Assembly (NCBI GenBank): GCA_965222225.1
Contig: CBDCTK010000002.1
Location: forward strand, 672,001-736,000
From: Candidatus Poribacteria bacterium
GTDB taxonomy: Bacteria > Poribacteria > WGA-4E > JAJDTR01
Reading direction: 5' to 3'
DNA: 64,000 nt
How positions within the stretch are numbered: position 1 is the first letter of the stretch; each line of letters starts with the position of its first letter. Made by a program: the position numbers and the translations under genes. Below, piece after piece: positions 1 to 9,996 of the stretch. The notes beneath the pieces are model-generated. The model searched no databases, was not told where the DNA came from, and worked only from the letters and a program-made list of their open reading frames with translations.

Positions 1-14
1 ATCTCATCGAACTC

Positions 15-1085
15 TTGATTTATCTTCTGCCCGTAGTCATTGTCTTGACGATTCCGATGGCAACACTCGTAGGCATCCTGCTCGCCCTTGGACGACTATC
101 GACCGATAACGAAGTCACTGCAATGAAAGCACACGGTGTCGGATTTCATCAAATCCTCTTGCCACTTGTGCTGACCGCCACCTTTCTCAGCATCTTCGAC
201 TTTGTGTTCATGGACTATTCTCTCCCACGTGGGAATGCTGCATACTTCGCAAGGAAACGCGATATCAGTATGAGAAATCCGGCTTTTGTACTTGAGGAAG
301 GGGTCGTCATGCGTGAGCTCGAACGCGAACAAAAACTCTGGATGTATGAGTCAATGGATCCGCACACGAAACGGCTACAGAATGTCAGAGTTTGGGATTC
401 AATATGGGGTGGAAAACCTCGATTCATCCATGCCAAGGAAGCAACTATCGGGATTGAAGAGGACGGTCAGGCATGGTTGGCGCTCTTTGATGGCATGACT
501 TATGAAACGGCTTCCGACAATCTTCAGGGTTTTCGCGTCACCGCTTTCGATAAACAGCGAGTCGCATTGGATTTTACCGAGGCATTGGAGCGAAATAAAT
601 ATAATGCCCAAAGACCGAAAGGTATGTCGATCGCCGGGCTCAAGGACTATATCAAGAAGAAACAGGAAGCAGCAGCAGACGCCAAAGAGGGATCTTTCGT
701 TATTGAGCAGTTTCGGGACGCACAAGCCGAGTACCACAAAAGATTCTCGATTCCGTTTGCATGTTTGGCGTTCGGTCTAATTGGCGTTCCGCTTGGGTTG
801 ATAGTCAAGCGGAGTGGCAAGATGGTCGGTTTTGGTATCGGATTGGGACTGATTCTCGTATATTATCTATTGCTCCAGTTTGGCCAAGGTTGGGTGGGAC
901 GAAACAGCGTTATTTCACCGTGGCTCGCCATGTGGCTTCCCAACATCGTGATTGGGGCGTTAGGAGTCGGCTTCAGTCTGCACGCAATACTGGGAGAAAG
1001 GCTACGAGCGAAGTTTTATCGCCAGGAAATCATAACTTCGGCACATCTTGGAGCAAACGCCAAGCGAGTAGGAGAATCGGATTGA
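15..1085 (+). CDS. lptF: LPS export ABC transporter permease LptF (probably 5'-truncated by the window edge)
   Basis: LptF/G motifs 'GRLSTDNEVTAMKAHG' and 'EYHKRFSIPFACLAFGLIGVPLG'; adjacent to a second LptF/G paralogue. Confidence 0.85.
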   Translation: MIYLLPVVIVLTIPMATLVGILLALGRLSTDNEVTAMKAHGVGFHQILLPLVLTATFLSIFDFVFMDYSLPRGNAAYFARKRDISMRNPAFVLEEGVVMRELEREQKLWMYESMDPHTKRLQNVRVWDSIWGGKPRFIHAKEATIGIEEDGQAWLALFDGMTYETASDNLQGFRVTAFDKQRVALDFTEALERNKYNAQRPKGMSIAGLKDYIKKKQEAAADAKEGSFVIEQFRDAQAEYHKRFSIPFACLAFGLIGVPLGLIVKRSGKMVGFGIGLGLILVYYLLLQFGQGWVGRNSVISPWLAMWLPNIVIGALGVGFSLHAILGERLRAKFYRQEIITSAHLGANAKRVGESD

Positions 1086-2143
1086 GGACGCTAGATCGCT
1101 ATATTTTGGCGGAATACTTAAGGGCTTTTTTTAGCGGACTGTTTTTTTTCATCGCGCTGGTGATTATCGTCCGTTTGCTGGATAAAGACATAAAGAAGTT
1201 CGACGACGATATTGCATACGTCACGGCTGTGCAAATTGTATTGTACCAAGCACCTAGACGAATAATGGAGGTCGTGCCGCTCGCCGGATTTATCGCTGCC
1301 TTCTTTGTCTTGGGCAGAATGGTACGCAATAACGAATTTTCGTCAATGAAGGCAGCGGGAATAAGCGTCTACCGCATCGTAGCCCCGATTTTTATTTCTA
1401 CGCTGCTGATTTGTTGCATTTTCGCTGTTTTTTATGACCGGATCGCGTCGCCAGCCTATCATCGAGCCAATGAGTTGAAGAAGCAGCCAAGATTCCGCGG
1501 AAACCGGAATATGCTGTTTAAGGGACAGGGAAATCGATTGTTTTATGTTCAGAATTTAGATCTGGAGCGTGAGAGTATTAGTCGAATGACGATTTATCAG
1601 CTTGATGCGGCGGATAATCTTGCCAAAATTACTTTTGCGGAATCAGCCACGTGGAAACCAGAGAAATGGCATCTCGTGAAAGGATTTGTGCGTCGGTTTA
1701 GTCCGGATGGAGAGACAGAGTTCGAGCCGTTCGTCCATAAACAGGTTGAACGGCTGGAAGACCCCAAACTCTTCGCGGAAAACAACAGAGATCCGCGTGC
1801 AATGACGATTAAGGAACTGCGAAACCAGATTGCCTATAAACAGATGGTAGGGCAAACCACCCGAATCGAACAGGTCAGGATGCACCACAAGATGGCGTAC
1901 CCTTTTGCTGCGTTAGTGGTTGTTCTAATCGGTGCGCCAATCGCTATCCGATTTGGCAAAGCGGGCTTTTTTGCCGGTCTGGTCATTGCGTTTTTTCTCA
2001 GTTTTTTGTATTGGGGACTATCTTTTGCAACCCTCGAAGGCTTGAGTGAAAGTGGAAAACTCCCACCCTTGGTGGCTTGCTGGGGAGCAAATTTTTTGTA
2101 TGCGGCTGTCGGCGGGATATTACTCTGGAAAACTCCGAAGTAA
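1082..2143 (+). CDS. lptG: LPS export ABC transporter permease LptG
   Basis: 'LRTLDRYILAEY' start, 'NNEFSSMKAAGIS', 'HHKMAYPFAALVVVLIGAP'. Likely TTG start at 1082 overlapping the lptF stop, with GGAG upstream; the ORF-track start at 761 overlaps lptF. Confidence 0.85.
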   Translation: MRTLDRYILAEYLRAFFSGLFFFIALVIIVRLLDKDIKKFDDDIAYVTAVQIVLYQAPRRIMEVVPLAGFIAAFFVLGRMVRNNEFSSMKAAGISVYRIVAPIFISTLLICCIFAVFYDRIASPAYHRANELKKQPRFRGNRNMLFKGQGNRLFYVQNLDLERESISRMTIYQLDAADNLAKITFAESATWKPEKWHLVKGFVRRFSPDGETEFEPFVHKQVERLEDPKLFAENNRDPRAMTIKELRNQIAYKQMVGQTTRIEQVRMHHKMAYPFAALVVVLIGAPIAIRFGKAGFFAGLVIAFFLSFLYWGLSFATLEGLSESGKLPPLVACWGANFLYAAVGGILLWKTPK

Positions 2144-2205
2144 GACGTCAGATTTCACAGCGATAAGTCGCATTCAAGATTATCTCGTTTCGCAGCACAT
2201 GATTA

Positions 2206-2793
2206 ATGCCAAACCGCCCGGACGCCTCAAGAATTGGTCACGTCTTCTTCCGGCTACGTAGTCTGACCCCCATTCCCTTTATTCTCATTCTGATTTTCTT
2301 TTCTCAACCTACGCCTTTACCAATTGTTCTCGGCAGCCTGCTGATTGTTCTTGGTGAGTGGCTTCGCATTTGGGCGGTAGGATATGCCGGCGGTTCAACG
2401 AGGACTCGGACATTAGGTGCCGCCCGCGATCTTGTGACGACGGGCCCCTATGCACATGTCCGCAATCCGCTATACCTCGGTAATCTCATTCTTAGTGTCG
2501 GTGTCTGCGTCGTTGCCAATGTCTACTGGATGATTGCCGTTCTTACCATCGGCTTCCTAATCCAATACACACCGATTATACGTTCCGAAGAAACCTACTT
2601 GTTGGACGTGTGTGGAGATCGTTACCGAGCCTATTGTGCTGCCGTGCCTCGTCTCATTCCACATCTTCGTCCGTATGCTGAACCTTCTGGTCACGATTTT
2701 TCACTGCGCCGTGCGCTAACGAGTGAAAATCGAACACTTACCGCGATTGGGTGTGTTGTCATCTTAATCGCCGCCAGATCATTCCTATGGTAA
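2206..2793 (+). CDS. Isoprenylcysteine carboxylmethyltransferase/PEMT family membrane methyltransferase
   Basis: 'LVTTGPYAHVRNPLYLGN' and 'EETYL...YRAYCAAVPRLIP' family motifs. Confidence 0.85.
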   Translation: MPNRPDASRIGHVFFRLRSLTPIPFILILIFFSQPTPLPIVLGSLLIVLGEWLRIWAVGYAGGSTRTRTLGAARDLVTTGPYAHVRNPLYLGNLILSVGVCVVANVYWMIAVLTIGFLIQYTPIIRSEETYLLDVCGDRYRAYCAAVPRLIPHLRPYAEPSGHDFSLRRALTSENRTLTAIGCVVILIAARSFLW

Positions 2794-3125
2794 ACGCGAG
2801 GCAAGCTTGCACGACACTGCCGTCTTATCTCAAGTTCTTCGACTACTCGTTCAGTACATAATCTAAATGAACGCAATTTCTAGGAGCTTGCTATTTGATT
2901 CAAGACTAACGGATTCTGGCTTATCCTCTCTGTGTTATCTCTTTGTCTTCTCACCAATGGGAGTTGTATCTGGAGTCCGTTGATTGCACTATGGCTTTTC
3001 GCTCCGAACCTAGTCCCTACGCTATGCCCAGCGAACAACACCCCTATTTAATCTTTGAAGATTGCACGCCGTTCAGGCGGATAGCTATGATTGTCCAATG
3101 CGATTATGGGACGGCACAGTGGAAA

Positions 3126-3160
3126 AATCTCTATCGCCCTCGTTGTTCACTCAGTTGATC
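3126..3160 (+). repeat. 35-nt GATC-bounded structured module, copy upstream of rex
   Basis: AATCTCTATCGCCCTCGTTGTTCACTCAGTTGATC matches the consensus GATCTCTATCGC-NN-TC-NN-TATYC-NN-TC-NN-TTGATC; followed by REP-like CCTAC. Confidence 0.8.
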
Positions 3161-3238
3161 CCTACAATCAGGTGTCCTTGGCTTCTCACTTGTTTTTCTT
3201 GCGGATTGTGTACGGATTCGTTATAATGTAATCCATTC

Positions 3239-3913
3239 TTGAGGTTTCTGCGGTACGTCCAGGTGCAAGCACTCCGGTTAACCAATAATCCCGATGCGGT
3301 CTCTGAAGGCACAGTCACCCGTCTCTCCTTATATTCACGACTCCTCACGGTATTGGAGGCAGAAGGTTTAACCGTTATCTCTTCAAAAGAGCTGTCGGAC
3401 CGAATGCAGTTTACCGCGACCCAAATTCGGAGAGACCTCGCTTGTTTCGGCCAATTCGGCAAACGTGGAATCGGTTATCAAATCTCCGACCTGAAACGTG
3501 CAATCAATAAGATTCTAGGTGTCCATCTTCGCCGGAAGGTTGTTCTCGTCGGGGTCGGAAATTTGGGCAGTGCATTACTCGGTTATCGTGTGTTGTGCGA
3601 CCACAATTTTGAAATCGTTGCGGCGTTTGATAACGACCCGCAGAAATGGGCTCAGGAAATTAATACTGTCCTGATTCAAAAGCCTGAACAACTTCCGGAA
3701 ACCGTGCGGTCACAACAGATAGAAATTGGAATCATCGCGGTTCCTGTCGAGGGTGCACACGAAGCATTGAATCTACTTGTTTCATCCGGTATTCGCGCCA
3801 TACTCAATTTCGCCCCTGCTCAACTTGCTACGCCTCGAAATGTGCAACTGCGAAACGTTGATTTGTCCATAGAGCTTGAGGGGCTTTCCTATTTTCTAGA
3901 ACAAGATAGCTAG
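3239..3913 (+). CDS. rex: Redox-sensing transcriptional repressor Rex (start uncertain)
   Basis: 'TVTRLSLYSRLL', 'QIRRDLACFGQFGKRGIGY', Rossmann 'VGVGNLG', 'ILNFAP'. Confidence 0.93.
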   Translation: MRFLRYVQVQALRLTNNPDAVSEGTVTRLSLYSRLLTVLEAEGLTVISSKELSDRMQFTATQIRRDLACFGQFGKRGIGYQISDLKRAINKILGVHLRRKVVLVGVGNLGSALLGYRVLCDHNFEIVAAFDNDPQKWAQEINTVLIQKPEQLPETVRSQQIEIGIIAVPVEGAHEALNLLVSSGIRAILNFAPAQLATPRNVQLRNVDLSIELEGLSYFLEQDS

Positions 3914-3998
3914 GCATATTGTGCGTGGGAAGCTATGTCCTTAGTTTCAGGACGACCGAGCTGCCGGGTATCGAGCGTTCGATGATGTAGGTTTCAAA

Positions 3999-4032
3999 CA
4001 GATAGTTAATCCGCGCAGATAGTTAATCCGCG
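3999..4032 (+). repeat. Perfect 17-bp tandem duplication just before the hemB RBS
   Basis: CAGATAGTTAATCCGCG x2, followed by CCTAGGAG and ATG at 4046. Confidence 0.9.
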
Positions 4033-4045
4033 CCTAGGAGTGGAC

Positions 4046-5029
4046 ATGAGTCATTTTCCCATTTCTCGCCCCAGACGGCTCCGCGCCGATGAAAACCTGC
4101 GCCGACTTACTCGGGAAACGGCGATTTCGACGGACGACTTGATTTATCCTATGTTCGTCGTTCACGGACACGATGTTGCCATCGAAATTTCATCCATGCC
4201 CGGGTGCTATCAATATTCGGTGGATCGCCTTGTTACCGCCGCCAAAGAGTTAGTGATGCTCGGCATACCGGGGACAATTCTATTTGGCATTCCCGATTTC
4301 AAAGACGCCCTCGGATCGGAAGCCTATGCGGACGATGGAATCATACAGCAGGCGATCAGGGCTCTCAAGAATGCAGTTCCGGAGTTGCTTGTTATTACCG
4401 ATGTATGTCTGTGCGAGTATACAGATCATGGACATTGCGGTGTCATTCAGGACAGGGACGTACTAAACGATCGAACATTGGAGTTGCTCGCCAAGGAAAG
4501 CCTATCTCATGCGCGTGCAGGCGCGGATGTCATTGCGCCTTCCGACATGATGGATGGTCGTGTCGGCACAATTCGAGCTGCCTTGGACGAAAACGGATAC
4601 GAAAGTATTCCCATCTTGGCATACTCTGCAAAATACGCCTCCGCTTTCTACGGACCGTTTCGGGAAGCAGCGGAATCGGCGCCGCAATTTGGTGACCGCC
4701 GCTCGTATCAGATGGATCCACCCAACGCCGAGGAAGCCTTGCGCGAAGTAGCGTTGGATATTGAGGAAGGAGCCGACATCGTTATGGTCAAACCGGCGCT
4801 CTCCTATCTAGACGTTATCTGCCGTGTGAAGGATAGGTTTAAGATGCCGGTTGCGGCGTACAATGTCAGCGGCGAATATGCGATGATTAAAGCGGCTGCC
4901 CAACAGGGATGGATTGACGAGAAACGCGTCGCGCTTGAAGTGCTCACGAGCATTAAGCGCGCAGGCGCGGATATGATTCTAACATACTTCGCCAAATCGG
5001 TTGCAGAATGGCTCAGGAATGATAATTAA
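4046..5029 (+). CDS. hemB: Porphobilinogen synthase (Zn-type ALA dehydratase)
   Basis: '[14 protein letters not shown]', '[10 protein letters not shown]', 'MVKPAL', '[14 protein letters not shown]'. Confidence 0.97.
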   Translation: MSHFPISRPRRLRADENLRRLTRETAISTDDLIYPMFVVHGHDVAIEISSMPGCYQYSVDRLVTAAKELVMLGIPGTILFGIPDFKDALGSEAYADDGIIQQAIRALKNAVPELLVITDVCLCEYTDHGHCGVIQDRDVLNDRTLELLAKESLSHARAGADVIAPSDMMDGRVGTIRAALDENGYESIPILAYSAKYASAFYGPFREAAESAPQFGDRRSYQMDPPNAEEALREVALDIEEGADIVMVKPALSYLDVICRVKDRFKMPVAAYNVSGEYAMIKAAAQQGWIDEKRVALEVLTSIKRAGADMILTYFAKSVAEWLRNDN

Positions 5030-5071
5030 CCCGGTATTACGGAAACAGTTCCATAGTACCTACCAGATTAG

Positions 5072-6370
5072 TTGAGGGAAGATATTTTGAACAACGCCAA
5101 ATCCCTAGAAGCGTGGGATAAATCCCAGCACTTCATTCCCGGCGGAGTGAATAGCCCGGTACGCAACTTCAGCAAAGTTGGCGGCAACCCCCGTTTTATT
5201 CGGCGCGGGGCAGGCTCAAGGGTCTACGATATTGACGGGAATCAGTATATCGACTATGTGGCATCGTGGGGACCTCTTATCTTAGGCCATGCAGATCCAC
5301 GTGTGATAGAAGCCATCAAAGGAACGATGGTCAACGGTACCAGTTTCGGCGCTCCGACGACGCTAGAGACGGAACTGGCGGAAATCATTGTTAATGCCGT
5401 TCCGTCTATAGAGAAGGTGCGAATGGTCAGCTCCGGAACAGAGGCGACGATGAGCGCCATTCGATTGGCGCGGGGATATACGGGACGCGACAAGGTGATT
5501 AAAATCGAAGGATGTTATCATGGCCACGTTGATTCACTCCTCGCCGAAGCCGGATCGGGCGTCGCAACGTTTGGGCTACCCGAATGTGAGGGGATTCCAG
5601 CGGACTTCACAAGACATACCCTCGTTGTTCCATTTAATGATGCGAATGCAGTTCGCCGGACAATTGAAGCGCACCCGGATCAGATTGCGTGCCTTATTCT
5701 TGAACCCATAATGGGGAATATGGGAATTATTCCCCCGCAAGACGGGTATTTGAACGAATTGCGAGAGATAACATCTGAACACGGTGTAGTACTCATCTTC
5801 GACGAAGTGATTACCGGTTTCCGCGTCGCTTATGGTGGTGCACAATCACTATACGGTGTTATCCCTGATTTGACTTGTTTGGGAAAAATCATCGGAGGTG
5901 GAATGCCTGTCGGAGCATATGGCGGAAAAGAGGAAATCATGCGGCATATCGCGCCGGAAGGGGATGTCTATCAAGCGGGCACTTTATCCGGAAATCCGTT
6001 GGCAGTGTCTGCCGGAATTGCAGCTCTGAAAGCCCTTACCGAGCCGGGTGTGTATGAACAACTCGAAAGTAGGGCAAGTCAACTGGCAGACGGACTTCAA
6101 GATGCAACGGAACGCCACGCTATTGATGCTTTCCACAGTCGCGTCGGTTCAATGTTGATGCTGTTTTTTACTGACGCGGAGGTTACCAATGCCGATGGCG
6201 CGAGGACATCGGATACAGAACGCTATAGTCGATATTTTGGCGAGTTGCTGGAAAGAGGAGTTTACGTTGCCCCGTCTCAGTTTGAGGCTGGCTTTGTGTC
6301 GTTAACTCACTCCGAGACGGACATAGATGCAACCGTGCGTGCTGCGAATGAAGCGTTATCCACACTGTAG
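5072..6370 (+). CDS. hemL: Glutamate-1-semialdehyde 2,1-aminomutase
   Basis: 'IPGGVNSPVR', 'SSGTEATMSAIRLARGYTGR', 'FDEVITGFR', 'GKIIGGGMPVGAYGG'. Confidence 0.97.
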   Translation: MREDILNNAKSLEAWDKSQHFIPGGVNSPVRNFSKVGGNPRFIRRGAGSRVYDIDGNQYIDYVASWGPLILGHADPRVIEAIKGTMVNGTSFGAPTTLETELAEIIVNAVPSIEKVRMVSSGTEATMSAIRLARGYTGRDKVIKIEGCYHGHVDSLLAEAGSGVATFGLPECEGIPADFTRHTLVVPFNDANAVRRTIEAHPDQIACLILEPIMGNMGIIPPQDGYLNELREITSEHGVVLIFDEVITGFRVAYGGAQSLYGVIPDLTCLGKIIGGGMPVGAYGGKEEIMRHIAPEGDVYQAGTLSGNPLAVSAGIAALKALTEPGVYEQLESRASQLADGLQDATERHAIDAFHSRVGSMLMLFFTDAEVTNADGARTSDTERYSRYFGELLERGVYVAPSQFEAGFVSLTHSETDIDATVRAANEALSTL

Positions 6371-6800
6371 CTGAGAAGTCAAGCAAGTTTCAGTATTCAA
6401 GTTTATCTTCGGAAGCGACTAAGAAGAATAGGATTGGAAGGATGGAAAAATGGAAGATTCCCTCCACGCCACCTCCAATCCCCTGAGAAAATGATGGGTC
6501 TGTTGTTCTTCTAGAAACATGCTGCTCCGTTGGAGCAGAAGAACAAAACAATCGGTATTCTACAGACGTACAAGATCCCATCTTCGATTTGATGATCGAA
6601 GATCTCCTCTGGAGTGAAGGCGCGGAAGCTAAGTAGCTAGGTTAAAATCTGCAAGATTTGTCAATCCAGCTGAATCGGTTTGGACTTAGATCGAAATGTA
6701 AGTTCATTTTTTGAAAGTTGCTTAAGAATTTGAAAAAATTGAATTTCGAGTTTCCCCCGATACTGCCCCAGTCTTCTTTATCCGCAAGACAGGAAGGAAG

Positions 6801-7790
6801 TTGATGTCAACCCCTAGCCTTGATAGTATTTGTGAACCCATTTCCGTTGACCTCGCGGCTGTCGAGAAAAAACTGAGTGAAAAAACTGCGAGTGAATACG
6901 ATTTTGTGGATAGCGCTGTTCAACACGTTGTGCAAGGAGGCGGCAAACGGTTACGTCCAATCCTGCTTTTGCTTTCTGCCAAAGCCTGCGGGTACAAAGG
7001 TGAGGACGCTCACACACTTGCGGCGGTTGTTGAATTAATTCACGTTGCCTCCCTTGTCCATGATGATGTTCTAGATGAGGCGCCCCGCCGCCGTGGACGA
7101 GAAACGCTGCACTCAAAATGGGGAAACAAGGTCGCGGTACTTGTGGGAGATTACTTGCACGCTCGTGTCCTTTCAATGTTGGTTGATCGACATGCCGAGG
7201 ATCCCGCCATGGCAATTCTTGCGCGCACAACACAAGCCATGTGCGAAGGCGAAGTCATTCACGCCTATAAGAGCGGGGAATTTGACATTCCGGCGGATGA
7301 CTACTTCAAGATTATAAACTTGAAGACAGGAGAATTGATTACCGCGTCGTGCGCAATGGGAGCAATTATAGGAACTCGGAATGAGAAAATTATCCAAGAT
7401 GTGACAGAATACGGCCAAGCTGTCGGAGCGGCATTTCAGATTATTGACGACTTGCTCGACTTCGTAGCGGACGGAGAAAAATTGGGGAAGGAACCCTTTA
7501 ACGATCTCCGTGAGGGCAAATTGACGTTTCCCATGATCCACCTACGCGGGGTTTGTACAACTGAGGAGAGTAGAAAGTTAGAACAGATCTTTAACTCGGA
7601 AATCGACGAGGATGGGGCAATTGAATGGATTGAATCCTTGCTTCTTCGGTATGATATACAGGCTCACTGCCGTTGCATTGCGGAGGAATACGCGAATCGC
7701 GCGAAATCTGCGTTGATAGCATTGCCTGCGTCATCCGCCAAGGACGCACTACAGCAGCTTGCGGATTATGGGGCATCTAGGGAGTGGTGA
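6801..7790 (+). CDS. Polyprenyl diphosphate synthase (IspB/HepT-like)
   Basis: 'GGKRLRP', FARM 'LVHDDVLD..RRG', SARM 'FQIIDDLLD', 'DLREGKLT'. Confidence 0.93.
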   Translation: MMSTPSLDSICEPISVDLAAVEKKLSEKTASEYDFVDSAVQHVVQGGGKRLRPILLLLSAKACGYKGEDAHTLAAVVELIHVASLVHDDVLDEAPRRRGRETLHSKWGNKVAVLVGDYLHARVLSMLVDRHAEDPAMAILARTTQAMCEGEVIHAYKSGEFDIPADDYFKIINLKTGELITASCAMGAIIGTRNEKIIQDVTEYGQAVGAAFQIIDDLLDFVADGEKLGKEPFNDLREGKLTFPMIHLRGVCTTEESRKLEQIFNSEIDEDGAIEWIESLLLRYDIQAHCRCIAEEYANRAKSALIALPASSAKDALQQLADYGASREW

Positions 7791-7902
7791 AGCGCCAAGC
7801 CTAATTCGTAATAACAGAGACTGAAAACTTCTTGTTTCTTGTGTCGTTTTATTTTTGTTGAATTTTCTTACTCGTCGGACCTTACCTGCCGCGTGTCATG
7901 CC

Positions 7903-9111
7903 ATGTTCTACCCCGCTCATTTTAACCTTCACAATCGAAAATGCATTGTTGTTGGAGGCGGCACGGTTGCCGAGCGTAAGGTAGTTTCTCTTCTGCTAAG
8001 CGGAGGGGTTGTAACGCTAATAAGTCCTCAGGCGACGACGTTTCTTGAGTCCTTGGCGAAGGTTGGTCAAATTGTCTGGCATAGTCGTCAATTTCGAGCG
8101 GGTGACACGGACGGGATGTTTCTCGTATGCGCCGCGACAGATTTCCCCGAAATCAATTCGTCGGTGTTTGAGGATGCCTACAACAGGAACGGTATCCGTC
8201 TAGTAAACGTCGTAGATGTAATTCCCGAATGCACGTTTGCTGCCGCGTCCGTGGTTGTATGCGACGATGTGAGCATTAGTATTTCGACGAGTGGAAAAAG
8301 CCCCGCCATGTCGAGGCGGATTCGGGAGTACCTTGAATCAAGATTCGGCGCGTCGTCACTGTATACCGAGGAATCCGATAAGAAACGACCGGTTCCCATC
8401 GAATATCGACAACTGCCGTATCCGGTCTATCTACTATTGAAGGGGCGGGAGTGTGTTCTGGTTTGTGCCTCCACACAGGCGAGTCTGGAGATGAAGCGCC
8501 GTGTGTCACTGTTAGAGCGATCCGGTGCGTTTATCACGCAGTTGACGACATCGCAAGTCAGTCCACAGAGAATATCCGATGCTTTTCTCGTTTTGGATGA
8601 GTCAGGGTGTGAACCCACAGTTTTTCCAGAAGATGCGTCACAGCCTCGCGAATACCTCGGTGACCCGCAAGCCGGAGAGTTCGTTACGCCAGAATTGATA
8701 ATGGATGAGGGCTTAATTATCAGTGTTTCGACTCAAGACGAAAACCCGAAAGAACAAAACAGAGCCCGGAAAATCCATGCTGAACTTGCAGGTCAATTTG
8801 AAAACACAGGATACGGAGCGTTCGTCAAATTTTTAGGTTATCTACGACCAATCGCACTTGAAGCAATTCCAACGCAACGCGGGCGGCAAAGGTTTTTCGA
8901 CACGTTGATTGACTATGTTCCCCATCATGAATCAAGCACGATGCCGAGGGAACGGTTGAGGTGTTGTCTCGGATTCGCAAACCCCGATTGTTCGACGGAA
9001 TGTGTCTTCAACATGGTTCGCAATGGACGGATTGAATATGCTCAACAATTCGCACTTGAACGAATTGAAAGTGAGAGGCCGCATTCCTCAGTTGGAAACA
9101 GACTCACCTAG
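7903..9111 (+). CDS. Precorrin-2 dehydrogenase/sirohydrochlorin ferrochelatase-like (SirC/Met8p/CysG-N) with a degenerate second copy of the domain
   Basis: 'YPAHFNLHNRKCIVVGGGTVAERK', 'VNVVD..ECTF', 'ISISTSGKSPAMSRRIR'; second half repeats 'YPVYLLLKGRECVLV' and 'LIISVST'. ATG 7903 preferred over TTG 7855. Confidence 0.8.
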   Translation: MFYPAHFNLHNRKCIVVGGGTVAERKVVSLLLSGGVVTLISPQATTFLESLAKVGQIVWHSRQFRAGDTDGMFLVCAATDFPEINSSVFEDAYNRNGIRLVNVVDVIPECTFAAASVVVCDDVSISISTSGKSPAMSRRIREYLESRFGASSLYTEESDKKRPVPIEYRQLPYPVYLLLKGRECVLVCASTQASLEMKRRVSLLERSGAFITQLTTSQVSPQRISDAFLVLDESGCEPTVFPEDASQPREYLGDPQAGEFVTPELIMDEGLIISVSTQDENPKEQNRARKIHAELAGQFENTGYGAFVKFLGYLRPIALEAIPTQRGRQRFFDTLIDYVPHHESSTMPRERLRCCLGFANPDCSTECVFNMVRNGRIEYAQQFALERIESERPHSSVGNRLT

Positions 9112-9160
9112 AATAAACAGGTAAAAACTAAACGCATCATGAATTAGGCATCACCTCGCG

Positions 9161-9973
9161 ATGGACTTTCTATTTTTATTAACCCTTTTGATATATCTGG
9201 CGGCGAGCATACTGCACGTTCTGTTTCTCACCACGGGAATTAACAGAATCTCCCAAGCTGCCTTTTGGGCGACCACGACAGGATTTGCACTGCACACGAT
9301 GCTAATCGCTCTACGTTGGATTGGTCAGGAGCAGTTCCCTATGGCGCGCTGGCTTGACTCTATCTCCTTTCTGGCGTGGGCAATTATCCTTATCTATCTG
9401 GGTATCACCTATCTGGCACGCATGCGCGCACTGGGTGTTTTCGTTGTTCCAGTCGCATTCGCGTCTATCCTGATTGCGTATGCACTTCCGCAAGATGCAC
9501 CGGGCTTGCCGGCATATCTGCAGAATTACTGGCTGCTCGCCCATACCACGTTGATTTTTCTGTCCTATGCCGCGTTCATCGCTGCATTCGGTTTTGGCAT
9601 CATGTATCTGATTGAGGAGAAGAAGATTCGACAGAAAGCGCAGACGTTAATCTATGACCGCTTTCCTTCGCTCGGTTCATCGGACGAAATCGGGCACAGA
9701 TGTATGGTGGTGGGGGTCATATTACTGACAATGGGCATCATCATCGGCGCGATTTGGACGAAATACGCCCAGGAACTTACATGGAGATGGCTCGATTCGA
9801 AAATCCTATTCACGCTTGCCACATGGTCGATATATGTCATGCAAATAGGCATCCGTCAGGCTTTGGGTTGGCGCGGCCGTAAAGCCGCTTATTCGTCAAT
9901 TGTCGGTTTTGCTGCAATTTTGTGCACTTACGCCGGAGTCAATCTGTTTCTACCTAGTATACACGCTTTTTGA
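9161..9973 (+). CDS. ccsA: Cytochrome c assembly protein, CcsA/HemX family
   Basis: Multi-TM protein with 'WLLAHT', 'GAIW...WRWLDSK', 'GWRGRKAA'; directly upstream of hemA. Confidence 0.85.
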   Translation: MDFLFLLTLLIYLAASILHVLFLTTGINRISQAAFWATTTGFALHTMLIALRWIGQEQFPMARWLDSISFLAWAIILIYLGITYLARMRALGVFVVPVAFASILIAYALPQDAPGLPAYLQNYWLLAHTTLIFLSYAAFIAAFGFGIMYLIEEKKIRQKAQTLIYDRFPSLGSSDEIGHRCMVVGVILLTMGIIIGAIWTKYAQELTWRWLDSKILFTLATWSIYVMQIGIRQALGWRGRKAAYSSIVGFAAILCTYAGVNLFLPSIHAF

Positions 9974-9996
9974 GCAAATCTTGAACAATACGCCAA

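Noticed and set aside
761-1081. 107-aa N-terminal extension of LptG in the ORF track
   Set aside because: It overlaps lptF; family similarity begins at TTG 1082, which has an RBS.
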